A stretch of DNA of 35,910 bases, from positions 1 through 35,910 of the IMG/VR virus record IMGVR_UViG_3300002091_000060; one strand, 5' to 3'. Below the pieces are notes generated by a model, which saw nothing but the letters and a program-made list of their open reading frames with translations, ran no database searches and was not told the DNA's origin. The DNA comes from a virus. Its lineage: Duplodnaviria > Caudoviricetes. Position 1 is the first letter of the stretch. Every line of letters starts with the position of its first letter. Position numbers and translations under genes: made by a program. Below, piece after piece: positions 1 through 9,747 of the stretch.

Positions 1-3000
1 TCTGAAGGGTCGTATTGTCGTGCAATTATTGTCTGAAAACTATTGTCTTTTGCTATAAGACCTATTTTATCACCTACTTTGTTGTATGCGATAAATCTAA
101 CTTGCTTGCTCAAGTCATAGCGTTCGGCTTGCGTGTCTCCGCTAGTCCAGCCAATCCACTCCTTGCCGCTGTCAATAGCATCACGCAATGCTCGTTTGAA
201 CATCTGGACTGACCAATCCTTGCGGAAGGGGGCATCGGGGACTTTTGTGCCTTGGTTTTTAGAATATATTTCTGCGGCCTTCTCAATGGCTTCATCCTCA
301 CGCAACATACTTGAAGGAGTTGCTATTTGATTCCCTTCTGCATCCAATACCAACCATCTAGTATTGTCTTTATATGGAACAACAGACCATCCTGTTGTAT
401 CTACAGATTGGTCTCCATACCCCTTCTCTCTTCCCTGCTGATGCCTGTCAGACTGAATCTCTTCAATGAAGAGACCATCCTTTCCAGAGGCATCCTTGCG
501 CTCGTTTAGCCTCATGTGGGCTACATAGTTGGGTGTGTCTTGGAAGTGGGAGGATTTATACTCGTTTTGCTTTTGATAACCTATTGAGTTTTCCTCTTTT
601 CTTTTATTTGATTCTTTCTCTACTTCAGCAAATTGTTCTTCAGTAAGTTCGCTATAAGGTTTGCCAAACTTCTCCATTCCTATTTCATCCCAAGATAGTT
701 TTTTAGGGGTAAAATTATTCGGCATCGTCAGCACGACTTCCTTGTAGTTCTCACCATTAGGAAGGACATATTGGGAGTATTTCGGTTCCGTTGGGCGATC
801 TCCAAGGTAGTTGCTAACTCCCCAAGGCCCAACATTGGGCTTGGAAAGCGTCCTCTCCTCAAACTTAACCGATCCCTCGTTCTTGAGGTAATCCAGAACC
901 TCCTGCTTGGTGACGCTATCCTTTCCTTCAACAAATCCAGCAAGGTTACTCCACTTGACCTCATCAGCCTTGGCATTCTGAGGGTTATTAACGATGGAAA
1001 GGATCTGCTGTGGCGATGCCTTTGCTGGCATCTTCTCATCTACAACTTTTTGCAGGCCAGAGTAGAATCCTTGCTCGCTAGTTGGATACTTTGCTGTTGG
1101 AGCGACATACTGGGCAGAGAACGGCCTGCTTTCAGGGCTGTGAGCGGCGGTAATATCAAGATCGATTGCCGAAGGCTTGCGCTCTTCCTGTGGTTCGATA
1201 ACAGCCTCTTCTGCTGGCATGAAGTTCTTAATTGCATTGCCATAATTAACGGGAACTTTTGGAGCGTATTCGTTGTCCATCAACTCGGCCATGTGATCCA
1301 AGCGCATTGACATGATCGTGCGATCTATGTCTTTGCCGCGAACATCTCCGCGCTGGCGAGGCGTCCTAGTGCGATCATCGTTAGCGTCTCGGAATTCGTT
1401 GGTGGTGAGGTTCAGGAAATCGTTGAAAATATTCTTCTTTGCCAGTGCTTCGGCAGGAGTTCCAGACAAGCCATACTCACCAGCCCTTCCCTGTGGATAC
1501 ATTTCGTTGCCCTGTGCATCCTTTTCTCGGTACTGCCAGTTTTTAAGGTACTTCTCGGTAAACTCCTTGAAGAATGCGTTCTTGTCGCCACCCCAAGGCG
1601 ACAGGCGTGCTGGCATCCGCTGGCTCCATGCGTTGAGCTTCTCAAACATCCTGCCAACGGAGATCGTCGTAACAAGGAAGTTGCCGTCCTTTGACAGGTG
1701 CATTCCGATGGGAACCACATCGTAAATCTTGGGAGAGTAAGCCGTGTACCTGCCTGCGTCATTCATGACGGCGGCGTAATCAACCAGCAAGCGAGACCCA
1801 TCACCTTTTACGATGGCATCATTGATCTTCAGGATGTGATCCTTGATCGACTTTGGAATGATGCCCTCTGGCAGGTCTTTGATGGCCTGAATCTGCAACG
1901 GCGTGAATGTTCCGCGAAATGTCTCGGAATTGTCCGCTACAGGCTGAAAGCGATTTGGCGTCCCATGATCAGGCGTATCAAGTGCCTGTATGATCGTATT
2001 CTTGCGAGCCTTTTGCAGTTTCTTTGCCTCCTGTGGCGTGTACATTGCAGGCGTTACGCCATCTGCCTCGGTAACGAATGACTGACTGACAACAAGCCTG
2101 CCGCCATCTGGGATATTCATTCCCCTCACCTCATCAGGCTTCTGTCCGTATCCAGAAAGCTGTCTATCGGTCGCCCATGATCCTTCTGCGGCGGCTGGGT
2201 TGGTAATTTCAACAGGTGCGCCTACAGGATTTCCTTCGGCATCGTAAATCTGTCCCTGCATCTTGGTCTTGAAGAGTCCGCTGTACTTTCCGTACTTTTC
2301 CATGATGGCGCGGTTTTTGATCATTAACGCCCTGCTGATCTTTGGTGCGTCTGGAGCCTTTACCGCTGGCGAAACCTCGCCCTGCAAGGCTTGTAGCGCG
2401 CGCATTGCCTGCCTGTTGGCGGCTATGATCTCTGGGGAGAACTCCGCGCCTGTCAGAGGATCTACGGCGGAACCTTTGCCCCCCAGTCCAAAGAACTTCT
2501 GTACCGCTTTATCAAGTAAGTTTTTCTTGGTCTTGAGAGTAGCAACATCCATCAAGTGGAGCGTTCCTGAGTCAAGATCCTTGCCAAGGTGGTTAGAAAG
2601 CGTCCCAGCATTGAGTTGCGCGACGATTTCGTCCTTCATGTAGTCGGCTACTGCCTGCTCGTTGAGTGCTCCGCGAGTGTCATCCCAAAGTCCAGCAAGC
2701 CTAGAAAGCTGTTCGATCTGATCTGGGGATTTACCCTTCATGTAGTTGCTCTGGTACATATCTACCAGATCCTTGGTGCTGTACCTTCCAGATGTGGTAG
2801 CCGTTACATTTCCATTGAGATCCTTAATGTCTTGAGCAAATAGCAAGTCTTCGGCCTCTCTATTGGCTTCCCTGAATTCAGGGATGTTGCGGATGTGGTG
2901 ACCAAATTCGTGTGTGAGTGCTTCGGTAGGCGTCTCTCCAAAGATTTGTTGGCGAGCCTTGAGGTGGTTCGCATTGATCACGATGGATGGCTTTGTACGA

Positions 3001-5243
3001 TCAAAGATCAGGGTTTTCTTAACGCCTCCCATTGGCATTCCTGCCTGATACTCTACGGCTCCCTCTGGCGTGCTGTAGAACCCCTGCTGGTTGGCAGTCT
3101 CCATGATGTCTGCGTCGCTCATGCCATTATTCGCAGGGTCTTTCCTAAACTTTTCAAAGATTTGATCTGGAGTCAGGATATGAACGCCGACATTGTTCTG
3201 ACCTGCACGCAAAGTTCCGTTTGTGAGTTCGTTCAGCTTGGTAAGCTGAGTCAGGAAATTACGGCTGAATTCGTTGCGTGTTTGGACATTGGCTCGCGTG
3301 ACTGCCGATAGCGTCTTCCTTTCTTCAGTAAGAGCCTTTCCTAGCTTCTCTGCGTCTTTACTACCTGAACGGACGGCGTCATTGTATGCTACCATCGCGT
3401 CAGAAACCATCTTTTCGTGACGCTTGATCACATTGTCCCAGCTAGTCAGGCCATTCATGGCCTTCTGGGTCTCAGGATCAAGATCCTTGTATGTCTTGTA
3501 GTCGTCTACAGCCTGTTGCTGGCGTTCACGCTGTTCAATTACAGGATCTACGCCTGTGATTTTGCCAAGTGTGTGGTGCAACGCCCTGCCGCCAAGTCCA
3601 TAAAGAAGGCCAGTGGACAGCATCTGGTTCCTTTCCTCTGGTGACGCAGAATCAAGCGCGCCAGTAGCAAGTGCCACCAATGTGGGGTGGATGCCAGCCT
3701 TTGCGTACTCAACTGAGTTGTTGATGATGTTATCTAAATTCTTTCCTCCAAAGCGCAGGATTTTAGCCGTCTGTTCGCTGACATCAGGAATTGATCCAAG
3801 GGTTTCAAATGTTCCCTTGCTACCACCTGCCGCCAGTGCGCGAGCCTCATCTATGTCCCTGATCAGAGCAGGAGCTTTTGCGGCATATGCGCCAAGTTTT
3901 AGCAATGGGGCGGCTCCATGACCAACAGCACCTCCGATCAAGGCTCCCATTAGTGGGTGTTCTTTGTCGGTCTCATACCCAGCAAATGCTCCGACGCCAA
4001 CAGGAAGTAGATTTTTGAGTCCTTCTGGAGCGGCCTCTCGAAGTGCCTGTAGTTTGTCAACGCCCTCTGCAATTGCTCCTGCGGTGCGACCAACCATTGA
4101 CGGCTGTTTTCTCTTTTCTATCTTTTCAGCAAGTTTCTGTTTCTGCAACGCCTGCGCCGCATCATTCATCGCCTTAATTTCGGCATCTGTCTTTCCAAGG
4201 TACTTCAGCCCCTGTGCGATCTTTGGAGAAAGTCCCATAGCCGTTTCAGCGGCAAGACCAACCGCTCCCATTTCGCCAAGGCCAAGTCCTGCTGGCATCA
4301 TGAAAGATCCAGTGAGCGCGATGTCCTCATCAGCGGCCTTTTCTTGGGCGGCGGAATCTGAAGTGGTCTGCTGTGCGATCTGATCCGCCATCGATTGGCG
4401 TTTAGCATTGGCCTGCTCCTCACTGATTCCATCCTGCTCCATGATGGTCTTTGTGTCAGGAAGGGTGTTGAGAATGACTGCCGCTAACGCCTTGTTAGCC
4501 ATTTCATTCTTCAGTACGCGACCATAGACAGATGGAGTCTCTTGCAGGGTCTGCGCGTGCGCCATGTCAACCATGTGGCGCGCCTTGTAATTTTCAAAAC
4601 TTTTTTGTTTGTCGTGAAGTCCAAATTTTTCACTCAGGCGATCAGTCCAATCAGTTCCGCCTTCAGCTAGCTTTGTGCCGAAATATGCGACATCTTCAGG
4701 AAGCTGAACCGCGCTAGAAACGAGGTCTTTTGTGGGCTGTATGCTTGGCTTACCCCATCCAGAGGGATCTTCTTCCGCGCCTGCAAACAGGCTATTCTGA
4801 GCGTACTTTTTTACGCCCTTTGCAAATTTAACGCCTGTTCCAATTACCTCTTTTCCGATGTTGTACCAGTCTTCAGGCGTCCTCATTCCCTCGTTCCAAG
4901 GGAGACTCCTTTCATGCTCAAACTGCGTGCGAAGCTGATCTTCAGTCTTCGGAATGTGTTTGGGGATCTGCGCGATCTCTTCAGGAGTCGTGAATGTGGT
5001 AAGACGATCCTGCTGGAGCTTGGATAGACCTTCGTAAGGAGTAGTCTTTAACTTTTCAGCAAACGGAACATCTTCCTGTTCTGGAGCAACTCCCTGACCT
5101 TCCGCAAATGCGGCTTCAGCGGCTGATATCTTTTTATGCGGCTTTTCTGCACTCTCCGTTGGAGGTATTGACTGATCAGGAGCAAGAGTAGGAGATACCT
5201 GCGCTTGACCCTCTGCAAAGGCGGATTCGGCGGCTGATGACAT
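1..5243 (-). CDS. Giant internal-virion / large polyvalent protein (>1747 aa, 3' end outside the window), with an HExxH zincin-like domain and an EEIQSD-type domain
   Basis: Not in the ORF track because it has no stop in the window. ATG at 5243 lies 6 nt after the stop of the 751-aa gene. Manual translation starts MSSAAESAFAEGQ and the same frame is open at the left edge (..RYDLSKQVRF..ARQYDPS). Motifs: ALTHEFGHHI (2892-2921), DEIVAQ (~2616-2633), GFYSGLQKVV..EVKWSNL..TKQEVLDYL, LFIEEIQSDRHQ (438-473), PDAPFRKDW..FKRALRDAIDSG. Last gene of the ejection-protein block. Confidence 0.85.
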   Translation of the reverse strand, partial: MSSAAESAFAEGQAQVSPTLAPDQSIPPTESAEKPHKKISAAEAAFAEGQGVAPEQEDVPFAEKLKTTPYEGLSKLQQDRLTTFTTPEEIAQIPKHIPKTEDQLRTQFEHERSLPWNEGMRTPEDWYNIGKEVIGTGVKFAKGVKKYAQNSLFAGAEEDPSGWGKPSIQPTKDLVSSAVQLPEDVAYFGTKLAEGGTDWTDRLSEKFGLHDKQKSFENYKARHMVDMAHAQTLQETPSVYGRVLKNEMANKALAAVILNTLPDTKTIMEQDGISEEQANAKRQSMADQIAQQTTSDSAAQEKAADEDIALTGSFMMPAGLGLGEMGAVGLAAETAMGLSPKIAQGLKYLGKTDAEIKAMNDAAQALQKQKLAEKIEKRKQPSMVGRTAGAIAEGVDKLQALREAAPEGLKNLLPVGVGAFAGYETDKEHPLMGALIGGAVGHGAAPLLKLGAYAAKAPALIRDIDEARALAAGGSKGTFETLGSIPDVSEQTAKILRFGGKNLDNIINNSVEYAKAGIHPTLVALATGALDSASPEERNQMLSTGLLYGLGGRALHHTLGKITGVDPVIEQRERQQQAVDDYKTYKDLDPETQKAMNGLTSWDNVIKRHEKMVSDAMVAYNDAVRSGSKDAEKLGKALTEERKTLSAVTRANVQTRNEFSRNFLTQLTKLNELTNGTLRAGQNNVGVHILTPDQIFEKFRKDPANNGMSDADIMETANQQGFYSTPEGAVEYQAGMPMGGVKKTLIFDRTKPSIVINANHLKARQQIFGETPTEALTHEFGHHIRNIPEFREANREAEDLLFAQDIKDLNGNVTATTSGRYSTKDLVDMYQSNYMKGKSPDQIEQLSRLAGLWDDTRGALNEQAVADYMKDEIVAQLNAGTLSNHLGKDLDSGTLHLMDVATLKTKKNLLDKAVQKFFGLGGKGSAVDPLTGAEFSPEIIAANRQAMRALQALQGEVSPAVKAPDAPKISRALMIKNRAIMEKYGKYSGLFKTKMQGQIYDAEGNPVGAPVEITNPAAAEGSWATDRQLSGYGQKPDEVRGMNIPDGGRLVVSQSFVTEADGVTPAMYTPQEAKKLQKARKNTIIQALDTPDHGTPNRFQPVADNSETFRGTFTPLQIQAIKDLPEGIIPKSIKDHILKINDAIVKGDGSRLLVDYAAVMNDAGRYTAYSPKIYDVVPIGMHLSKDGNFLVTTISVGRMFEKLNAWSQRMPARLSPWGGDKNAFFKEFTEKYLKNWQYREKDAQGNEMYPQGRAGEYGLSGTPAEALAKKNIFNDFLNLTTNEFRDANDDRTRTPRQRGDVRGKDIDRTIMSMRLDHMAELMDNEYAPKVPVNYGNAIKNFMPAEEAVIEPQEERKPSAIDLDITAAHSPESRPFSAQYVAPTAKYPTSEQGFYSGLQKVVDEKMPAKASPQQILSIVNNPQNAKADEVKWSNLAGFVEGKDSVTKQEVLDYLKNEGSVKFEERTLSKPNVGPWGVSNYLGDRPTEPKYSQYVLPNGENYKEVVLTMPNNFTPKKLSWDEIGMEKFGKPYSELTEEQFAEVEKESNKRKEENSIGYQKQNEYKSSHFQDTPNYVAHMRLNERKDASGKDGLFIEEIQSDRHQQGREKGYGDQSVDTTGWSVVPYKDNTRWLVLDAEGNQIATPSSMLREDEAIEKAAEIYSKNQGTKVPDAPFRKDWSVQMFKRALRDAIDSGKEWIGWTSGDTQAERYDLSKQVRFIAYNKVGDKIGLIAKDNSFQTIIARQYDPS

Positions 5244-5249
5244 GACTAA

Positions 5250-7505
5250 TTATTGCCCACCAGTTGAGGCAGATTCGTCAGCGTCTCCACCTCCATTGAT
5301 TGCGCCCTTTGGAAATAGTCCCTGACGCCATCCAGCAGATTTTTCAAGAGATTGCTCTTCAAGATCAGTGAGATTTAATGGAATACCGCCGTTTTTCATA
5401 ACCATAGAATGTTCCCTTCCTAATTGTTTTAGGTTTTGAATGAGGTTTTGGTATTCACTCATTTTTTCAAGTCTTATTTGGGAACCTTCATGAAGTTTTT
5501 CAATTTCTGTTTCCAGCTTGTCTGCGCGTTTTGCCATTTGGTTCTTATCGCGCTCAATCTCTGACTGGCTCCTAAGAATTGGAAACTCATGAGGCATTAA
5601 TGCTTCAGGGATATTCCTATTCGTGTATTTAAGGCTCTCACGCATCTGCTTAGTGCCTTGGTTAACAATACGAGCCTGATTGTTGTAGGATTCCAACATT
5701 GTTTTAAGCATGGTATCACGCTCTGGCTTCGTTAGCATCTCGCCGTTGAATACGCGCTCAATACCTGCTTGTAAAGTTAGAGGCACAGACTTGCTTTTCT
5801 TGATTTCGTTGTACTGGTTTTCAGTAACCGCAACACCTGCGCCTGTGACTGAACCTGCACCGCGAGCGAAGGCAACGTAGTTGTCAATCAGGTCAAGATC
5901 GGAAATATTGCGAGTCGATGGGTTTTGGTCACCAGACTGGTAGGCAGAAAGGAATCCGTTCAACAGGCGGTGCTGCGACCTGATCTTTGTGACATCCTGA
6001 TCCTTGTTGTATTGTTCGTTTTGGTAAGCAAGACCAGTCATATCGGCCTTTTGTATCTGCGCCAATCGATATTGTTTGAGCGCAGGTCTTTTTACAATGT
6101 AGCCATGATCGGGTCTGCTCCAAGTCACATCACCATTAGGCTCAAACCCTGCGTAGTGGCGGTCTGCCTCCCTTTGAGCGGCTTCAATCGACCTGTATGG
6201 GCCAGTCTTTGGCCTGTCTTGCATGATGCCTTGGGCTTGGATTTCGTGAACTCCCTGTGGCGTTCCTATGTTGCCAAGGTTATATGTTTGTGGCCTACCC
6301 TGCTCTGGAGGATTTGCTGTTACAGGTATAGGAGTGTCTTGATGAAGGGTCTGACCCTGTTCTGGTGCAGGCGCGTATTGGAATGGGCCACCAAACAATG
6401 GATTGGGTGTTGGCTCTGGAGCGGCGGCTCCAATAGGAAGCTGTTGCATACCATACGGCCCTGCCTGCGTGCTAGCAGATGTGTATGGTGCAATATTTCC
6501 AATTGGCTGGCTTACAGAATTCCTTAGATCAGAAAATTTAGACTCATCCCACTGATAGGGAGCCTTGGAGGCATTTTTAGGGTTAGCCTCGTCAAGGTTG
6601 ATTCTGTCAGCGTATGACGCTGGAGGGGCTGAAAATACGGCCTTAATGTTTGAAAATACACCAGAGTTTTGAGGCGTTCTTCCAGCTTGCGTGTCAGCAA
6701 CATATTGCCTTCTGCTAGCATCTTCCAAATTTCCAAAGCGCATTGCTTTATCTGCAACATAACCCAATCCAGCTTTGATGTCAGGGATAGGATTGCGTAT
6801 TGAACTGACATAATTGTCCTCTTGAATAGGGGCGGTTGAACCAAGTGCTTTTGGGGTTACTTGCAGATTGTTTTTTTTGTCACCAAACTCTGGCTTGTAC
6901 TTGAATGTTTCGTCTTGTAGCTCGCGAGGCTGCATCTTGTTCTTTACTTGTTGCCATTGAGAGTCTGGCAATGTTGCCTTCATTCTATCGTGAACTTCGC
7001 TCATCTGGCCTGAAACAAATCCGTTTGGATCGGATGAAATTACATTTCCCTCTGCGTCAACGTACTCTCCATTTTCATTTTGGCTTATTGCTCCAGCGGG
7101 GATTGGCGTTGTTTCTCCTCCATCAGGAGTTGTTTGTTGGTTGCCTTGCTCATCAAGGTACGTCGTCCCTCCACCATTACCAGATCCTTTGCGGATCTTA
7201 GCAACCTCTAGGTCATGGGCATACTTATCTGCCAGCAACTGGTCTTCGCGTGCTTGATCTGACTTTGATTTATAGGCGGCGGTAATTCCCTGACCGATTG
7301 CACTAATTCCACCAGTGATTCCTTGAAATAACAACTCAGGGTGAGTTGATGGTGTTGCCCATCCTGCTAGTGGTTGGAACTGAATTGGTGAGGCCGTTGG
7401 ATGAAAAGACAGCGGCTTAATGCTAGCAAGAGCCGACGCTTGCGATTCATCTTTTGGAACCGCAGGCGTAAAAGCTACCCCACCTTGGTCAAGGGACATA
7501 GCCAT
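5250..7505 (-). CDS. Putative ejection / internal virion protein (751 aa)
   Basis: Long ORF with a Gly-rich hydrophobic N-terminal patch (GITGGISAIGQG), a P/Q-rich disordered middle and a helical/coiled-coil C-terminus. Position after the tail genes matches podovirus core proteins. Confidence 0.6.
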   Translation of the reverse strand: MAMSLDQGGVAFTPAVPKDESQASALASIKPLSFHPTASPIQFQPLAGWATPSTHPELLFQGITGGISAIGQGITAAYKSKSDQAREDQLLADKYAHDLEVAKIRKGSGNGGGTTYLDEQGNQQTTPDGGETTPIPAGAISQNENGEYVDAEGNVISSDPNGFVSGQMSEVHDRMKATLPDSQWQQVKNKMQPRELQDETFKYKPEFGDKKNNLQVTPKALGSTAPIQEDNYVSSIRNPIPDIKAGLGYVADKAMRFGNLEDASRRQYVADTQAGRTPQNSGVFSNIKAVFSAPPASYADRINLDEANPKNASKAPYQWDESKFSDLRNSVSQPIGNIAPYTSASTQAGPYGMQQLPIGAAAPEPTPNPLFGGPFQYAPAPEQGQTLHQDTPIPVTANPPEQGRPQTYNLGNIGTPQGVHEIQAQGIMQDRPKTGPYRSIEAAQREADRHYAGFEPNGDVTWSRPDHGYIVKRPALKQYRLAQIQKADMTGLAYQNEQYNKDQDVTKIRSQHRLLNGFLSAYQSGDQNPSTRNISDLDLIDNYVAFARGAGSVTGAGVAVTENQYNEIKKSKSVPLTLQAGIERVFNGEMLTKPERDTMLKTMLESYNNQARIVNQGTKQMRESLKYTNRNIPEALMPHEFPILRSQSEIERDKNQMAKRADKLETEIEKLHEGSQIRLEKMSEYQNLIQNLKQLGREHSMVMKNGGIPLNLTDLEEQSLEKSAGWRQGLFPKGAINGGGDADESASTGGQ

Positions 7506-7510
7506 AAGTT

Positions 7511-8107
7511 TTACAGACCTCCCAAGGTTTTACCTACGGCTGGACTCTGAATTTGGTTTCTAGACCCAGTGCCAAGATTGGCGGCAGTGGTAGCAGCAGG
7601 ATTAATCACAGGCATCATGCTGCCAGCTTGGTTTGCTGCTGATGGAGGAAGTCCTCCAGCGGCTCCAAGGTTGGAAAGCTGGTTTTGTTGGGCTAGATTA
7701 AAGTTAAATGCCCCACCAGTTGGCGCATTAGCCGTAGCAGTCTTCAGGTTGTTGGTTGCCGTTGCATCCTGCATCCGTTGGTATTGATTTTGCAATCCAA
7801 GCTGTTGTTGTGCGCGTTGCTCTCCCTCCAATTGAGATCCTTGGGCGGCAGTGGTTTGAGCCTGTTTAATGGCCTGCTGTTCTGCGGCAAGGGCTTGCTG
7901 TTGCATCGCGGCATTTTGCTTTTGTTGGTTTTGATAAAATTGCATCCACGCGGCTTGCGTAGGATCAACTCCAGTCATTCCTCCACCGCCACCACCGCCA
8001 CCGCCACCACCGCCTCCTTGAAGCCAGCCACCGCCAGAAGGATTAAACGCACCAGAGGTGGTTACGATTCCAGTAGCCTTGTTCAAAAAACTATTTTTTC
8101 CGCCCAT
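7511..8107 (-). CDS. Putative small ejection protein, G/Q/A-rich (198 aa)
   Basis: MGG start, 13-Gly run, Q/A-rich helix; lies in the ejection-protein block. Confidence 0.55.
   Translation of the reverse strand: MGGKNSFLNKATGIVTTSGAFNPSGGGWLQGGGGGGGGGGGGGMTGVDPTQAAWMQFYQNQQKQNAAMQQQALAAEQQAIKQAQTTAAQGSQLEGEQRAQQQLGLQNQYQRMQDATATNNLKTATANAPTGGAFNFNLAQQNQLSNLGAAGGLPPSAANQAGSMMPVINPAATTAANLGTGSRNQIQSPAVGKTLGGL
7979..8017 (-). repeat. GGN codon run encoding 13 consecutive Gly
   Basis: Plus strand reads tcc tcc acc gcc acc acc gcc acc gcc acc acc gcc tcc. Confidence 0.9.
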
Positions 8108-8132
8108 AATTTTGATTGGTTAGTGTTGGTTT

Positions 8133-9107
8133 TTAAGTGTATGCAGAGGTTGCTCTAGGCACAATTCCAATTCCCTGAACATTGGAAAAACCACCAGCAT
8201 AAGGAGCGGCAGATTGTGCGGATTGCATTGAATTGTAACCACCAGAAGGCATAAGTGCTTTTGATCCAATTCCTGCCAAAGACCCGCCGATCATAGCCCC
8301 CATCGGGCCACCTAATGCGGCTCCACCAATAGTTCCCAAAGCCTGAATTCCAGTTCCAATCAAGGCGTTTTGCTCTGATTGCTTTTGAGCCTGCTGATTC
8401 ATTTGTGACTGGTAATAATTCTGCCAGTTTTGCTGGTCGGCATTGTAGGCATTAGATGATGCTGACATCAATTGATTGATGGCATCAGTAACAGATTGCT
8501 GGTTGGCCTGTGCGCCTTGGTATACTCCACCAATTAGGTTTCCTCGCTGTTGGTAGTTCTGGGCTTGCGCGGCCTGTTGTGCAGATATTGCGGAAGAGGG
8601 GTCGATATAGCCTCCTGTGGGGGCGTTACCAATGATCTGTTGAGCCTGACCAAGGTTAGCATTTCTAAATACCTGTCCTTGAGCGGTTGCTTGGTCGTAT
8701 AAAGCAGATTTTCCAATTGTGCTGTCACCAAGTCCAGATGCTAGCTGGCTCTGGAGTCCAGTTGTCTTGGCATAATTCGCCATCTGCTTATTCCAGTAAT
8801 CAGGAGAAACATCCTCTTGCGCGGCCTGCATTAATTGCTCGCGGGCGGCTGCGGCTGGTGCATTTTGCTGTTGTTCAAGTTGCTTATTCTTAAATGCGTC
8901 AATTGCAGAAATCATTCCTGCCTGAGTCGCCGCTCCACCTCCCCCAAATAGATCAGGTGTAAATGGTTGCAATGGAATTTTAGCACCTTGAAGCAACAAT
9001 GCGTTTTTTGCGGCTAATGATGCATTATTGGCAGAAGATAAACTTCCCAATTCCATCATAGGAATTGCGGCATTAGGTTGAGGAATTGATTGTTGCGAGC
9101 CACCCAT
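8133..9107 (-). CDS. Putative pilot / ejection protein with glycine-zipper segment (324 aa)
   Basis: MGGS start, Q/A/G-rich, C-terminal GTIGGAALGGPMGAMIGGSLAG glycine zipper typical of membrane-inserting ejection proteins. Confidence 0.65.
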   Translation of the reverse strand: MGGSQQSIPQPNAAIPMMELGSLSSANNASLAAKNALLLQGAKIPLQPFTPDLFGGGGAATQAGMISAIDAFKNKQLEQQQNAPAAAAREQLMQAAQEDVSPDYWNKQMANYAKTTGLQSQLASGLGDSTIGKSALYDQATAQGQVFRNANLGQAQQIIGNAPTGGYIDPSSAISAQQAAQAQNYQQRGNLIGGVYQGAQANQQSVTDAINQLMSASSNAYNADQQNWQNYYQSQMNQQAQKQSEQNALIGTGIQALGTIGGAALGGPMGAMIGGSLAGIGSKALMPSGGYNSMQSAQSAAPYAGGFSNVQGIGIVPRATSAYT

Positions 9108-9109
9108 AA

Positions 9110-9496
9110 TTACAAGGGAGAGTATATCTCTCGGTTTAATCTGACAAGTCCTAACTTATTCATTGTTTCTTCAGGGAAGTTGCCATTTCCATTGTTATTA
9201 TCAGATGGCACTCCAATATAACCTCGCTTTCCAGCCCATTGGGTTGATGCACGCCAGTCGTTCATAACTTGAATAACATCTTGTGGCCTTGTTAACGCAG
9301 GGTGAAACGCTGGGTACACGACAGGAACAAAGACAGTATCCGCATATCCAAAGCAAGTGTCTCCCCTATAAAACGCATGAACATTGGTGTTTGCATCGGG
9401 CATTATGCAGTGGTCAAAGCTAGCTGCAAATGTTTGCATCTGCTCAAATTCGCGGGTGTTTGGTGCAACATATTTATAATCTATTTTTGGTCTCAT
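9110..9496 (-). CDS. Hypothetical protein, positional analogue of T7 gp13 (possibly a degenerate GNAT fold)
   Basis: 128 aa between the nozzle-like and ejection genes; ends ..MNKLGL.. like GNAT-fold termini. Inference from gene order. Confidence 0.4.
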   Translation of the reverse strand: MRPKIDYKYVAPNTREFEQMQTFAASFDHCIMPDANTNVHAFYRGDTCFGYADTVFVPVVYPAFHPALTRPQDVIQVMNDWRASTQWAGKRGYIGVPSDNNNGNGNFPEETMNKLGLVRLNREIYSPL

Positions 9497-9497
9497 T

Positions 9498-9743
9498 TTA
9501 TGCTCCTGTGTTTATTGATATGGCGTTGTTGGATGGATACTTGGGATTTGCGGATTCCGCTTGGATTGCATCTTGCCTGACATTTGAATTGCCACACAAA
9601 ATGCATGGGAGGCAATCACCAGTCGTTTTAATATTTAATGGGATGCTAGAATAGAGTGGCACAATCCCATCATTTCCGTATGGACTGATAAATAGCTTCG
9701 CAAAAGATGTCACTGGAAGGCTGGCCTGCGTGATGGTTGGCAT
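9498..9743 (-). CDS. Small hypothetical protein with CxxCxxC motif (81 aa)
   Basis: Start reassigned to ATG 9743 (MPTITQ..), 4 nt after the stop of the 709-aa gene. The longer track ORF overlaps that gene. Contains DCLPCILCG. Confidence 0.65.
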   Translation of the reverse strand: MPTITQASLPVTSFAKLFISPYGNDGIVPLYSSIPLNIKTTGDCLPCILCGNSNVRQDAIQAESANPKYPSNNAISINTGA

Positions 9744-9747
9744 ATTC

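Noticed and set aside
15-4717. Many plus-strand ORFs and short minus-strand ORFs (e.g. 771-1310, 728-1039, 1412-1762)
   Set aside because: They are antisense or alternate-frame shadows of the giant minus-strand gene and have no recognisable motifs.
7979-8017. Poly-Gly tract as a phase-variable repeat
   Set aside because: Mixed GGA/GGC/GGT codons in frame are consistent with a flexible linker rather than a slippage switch.
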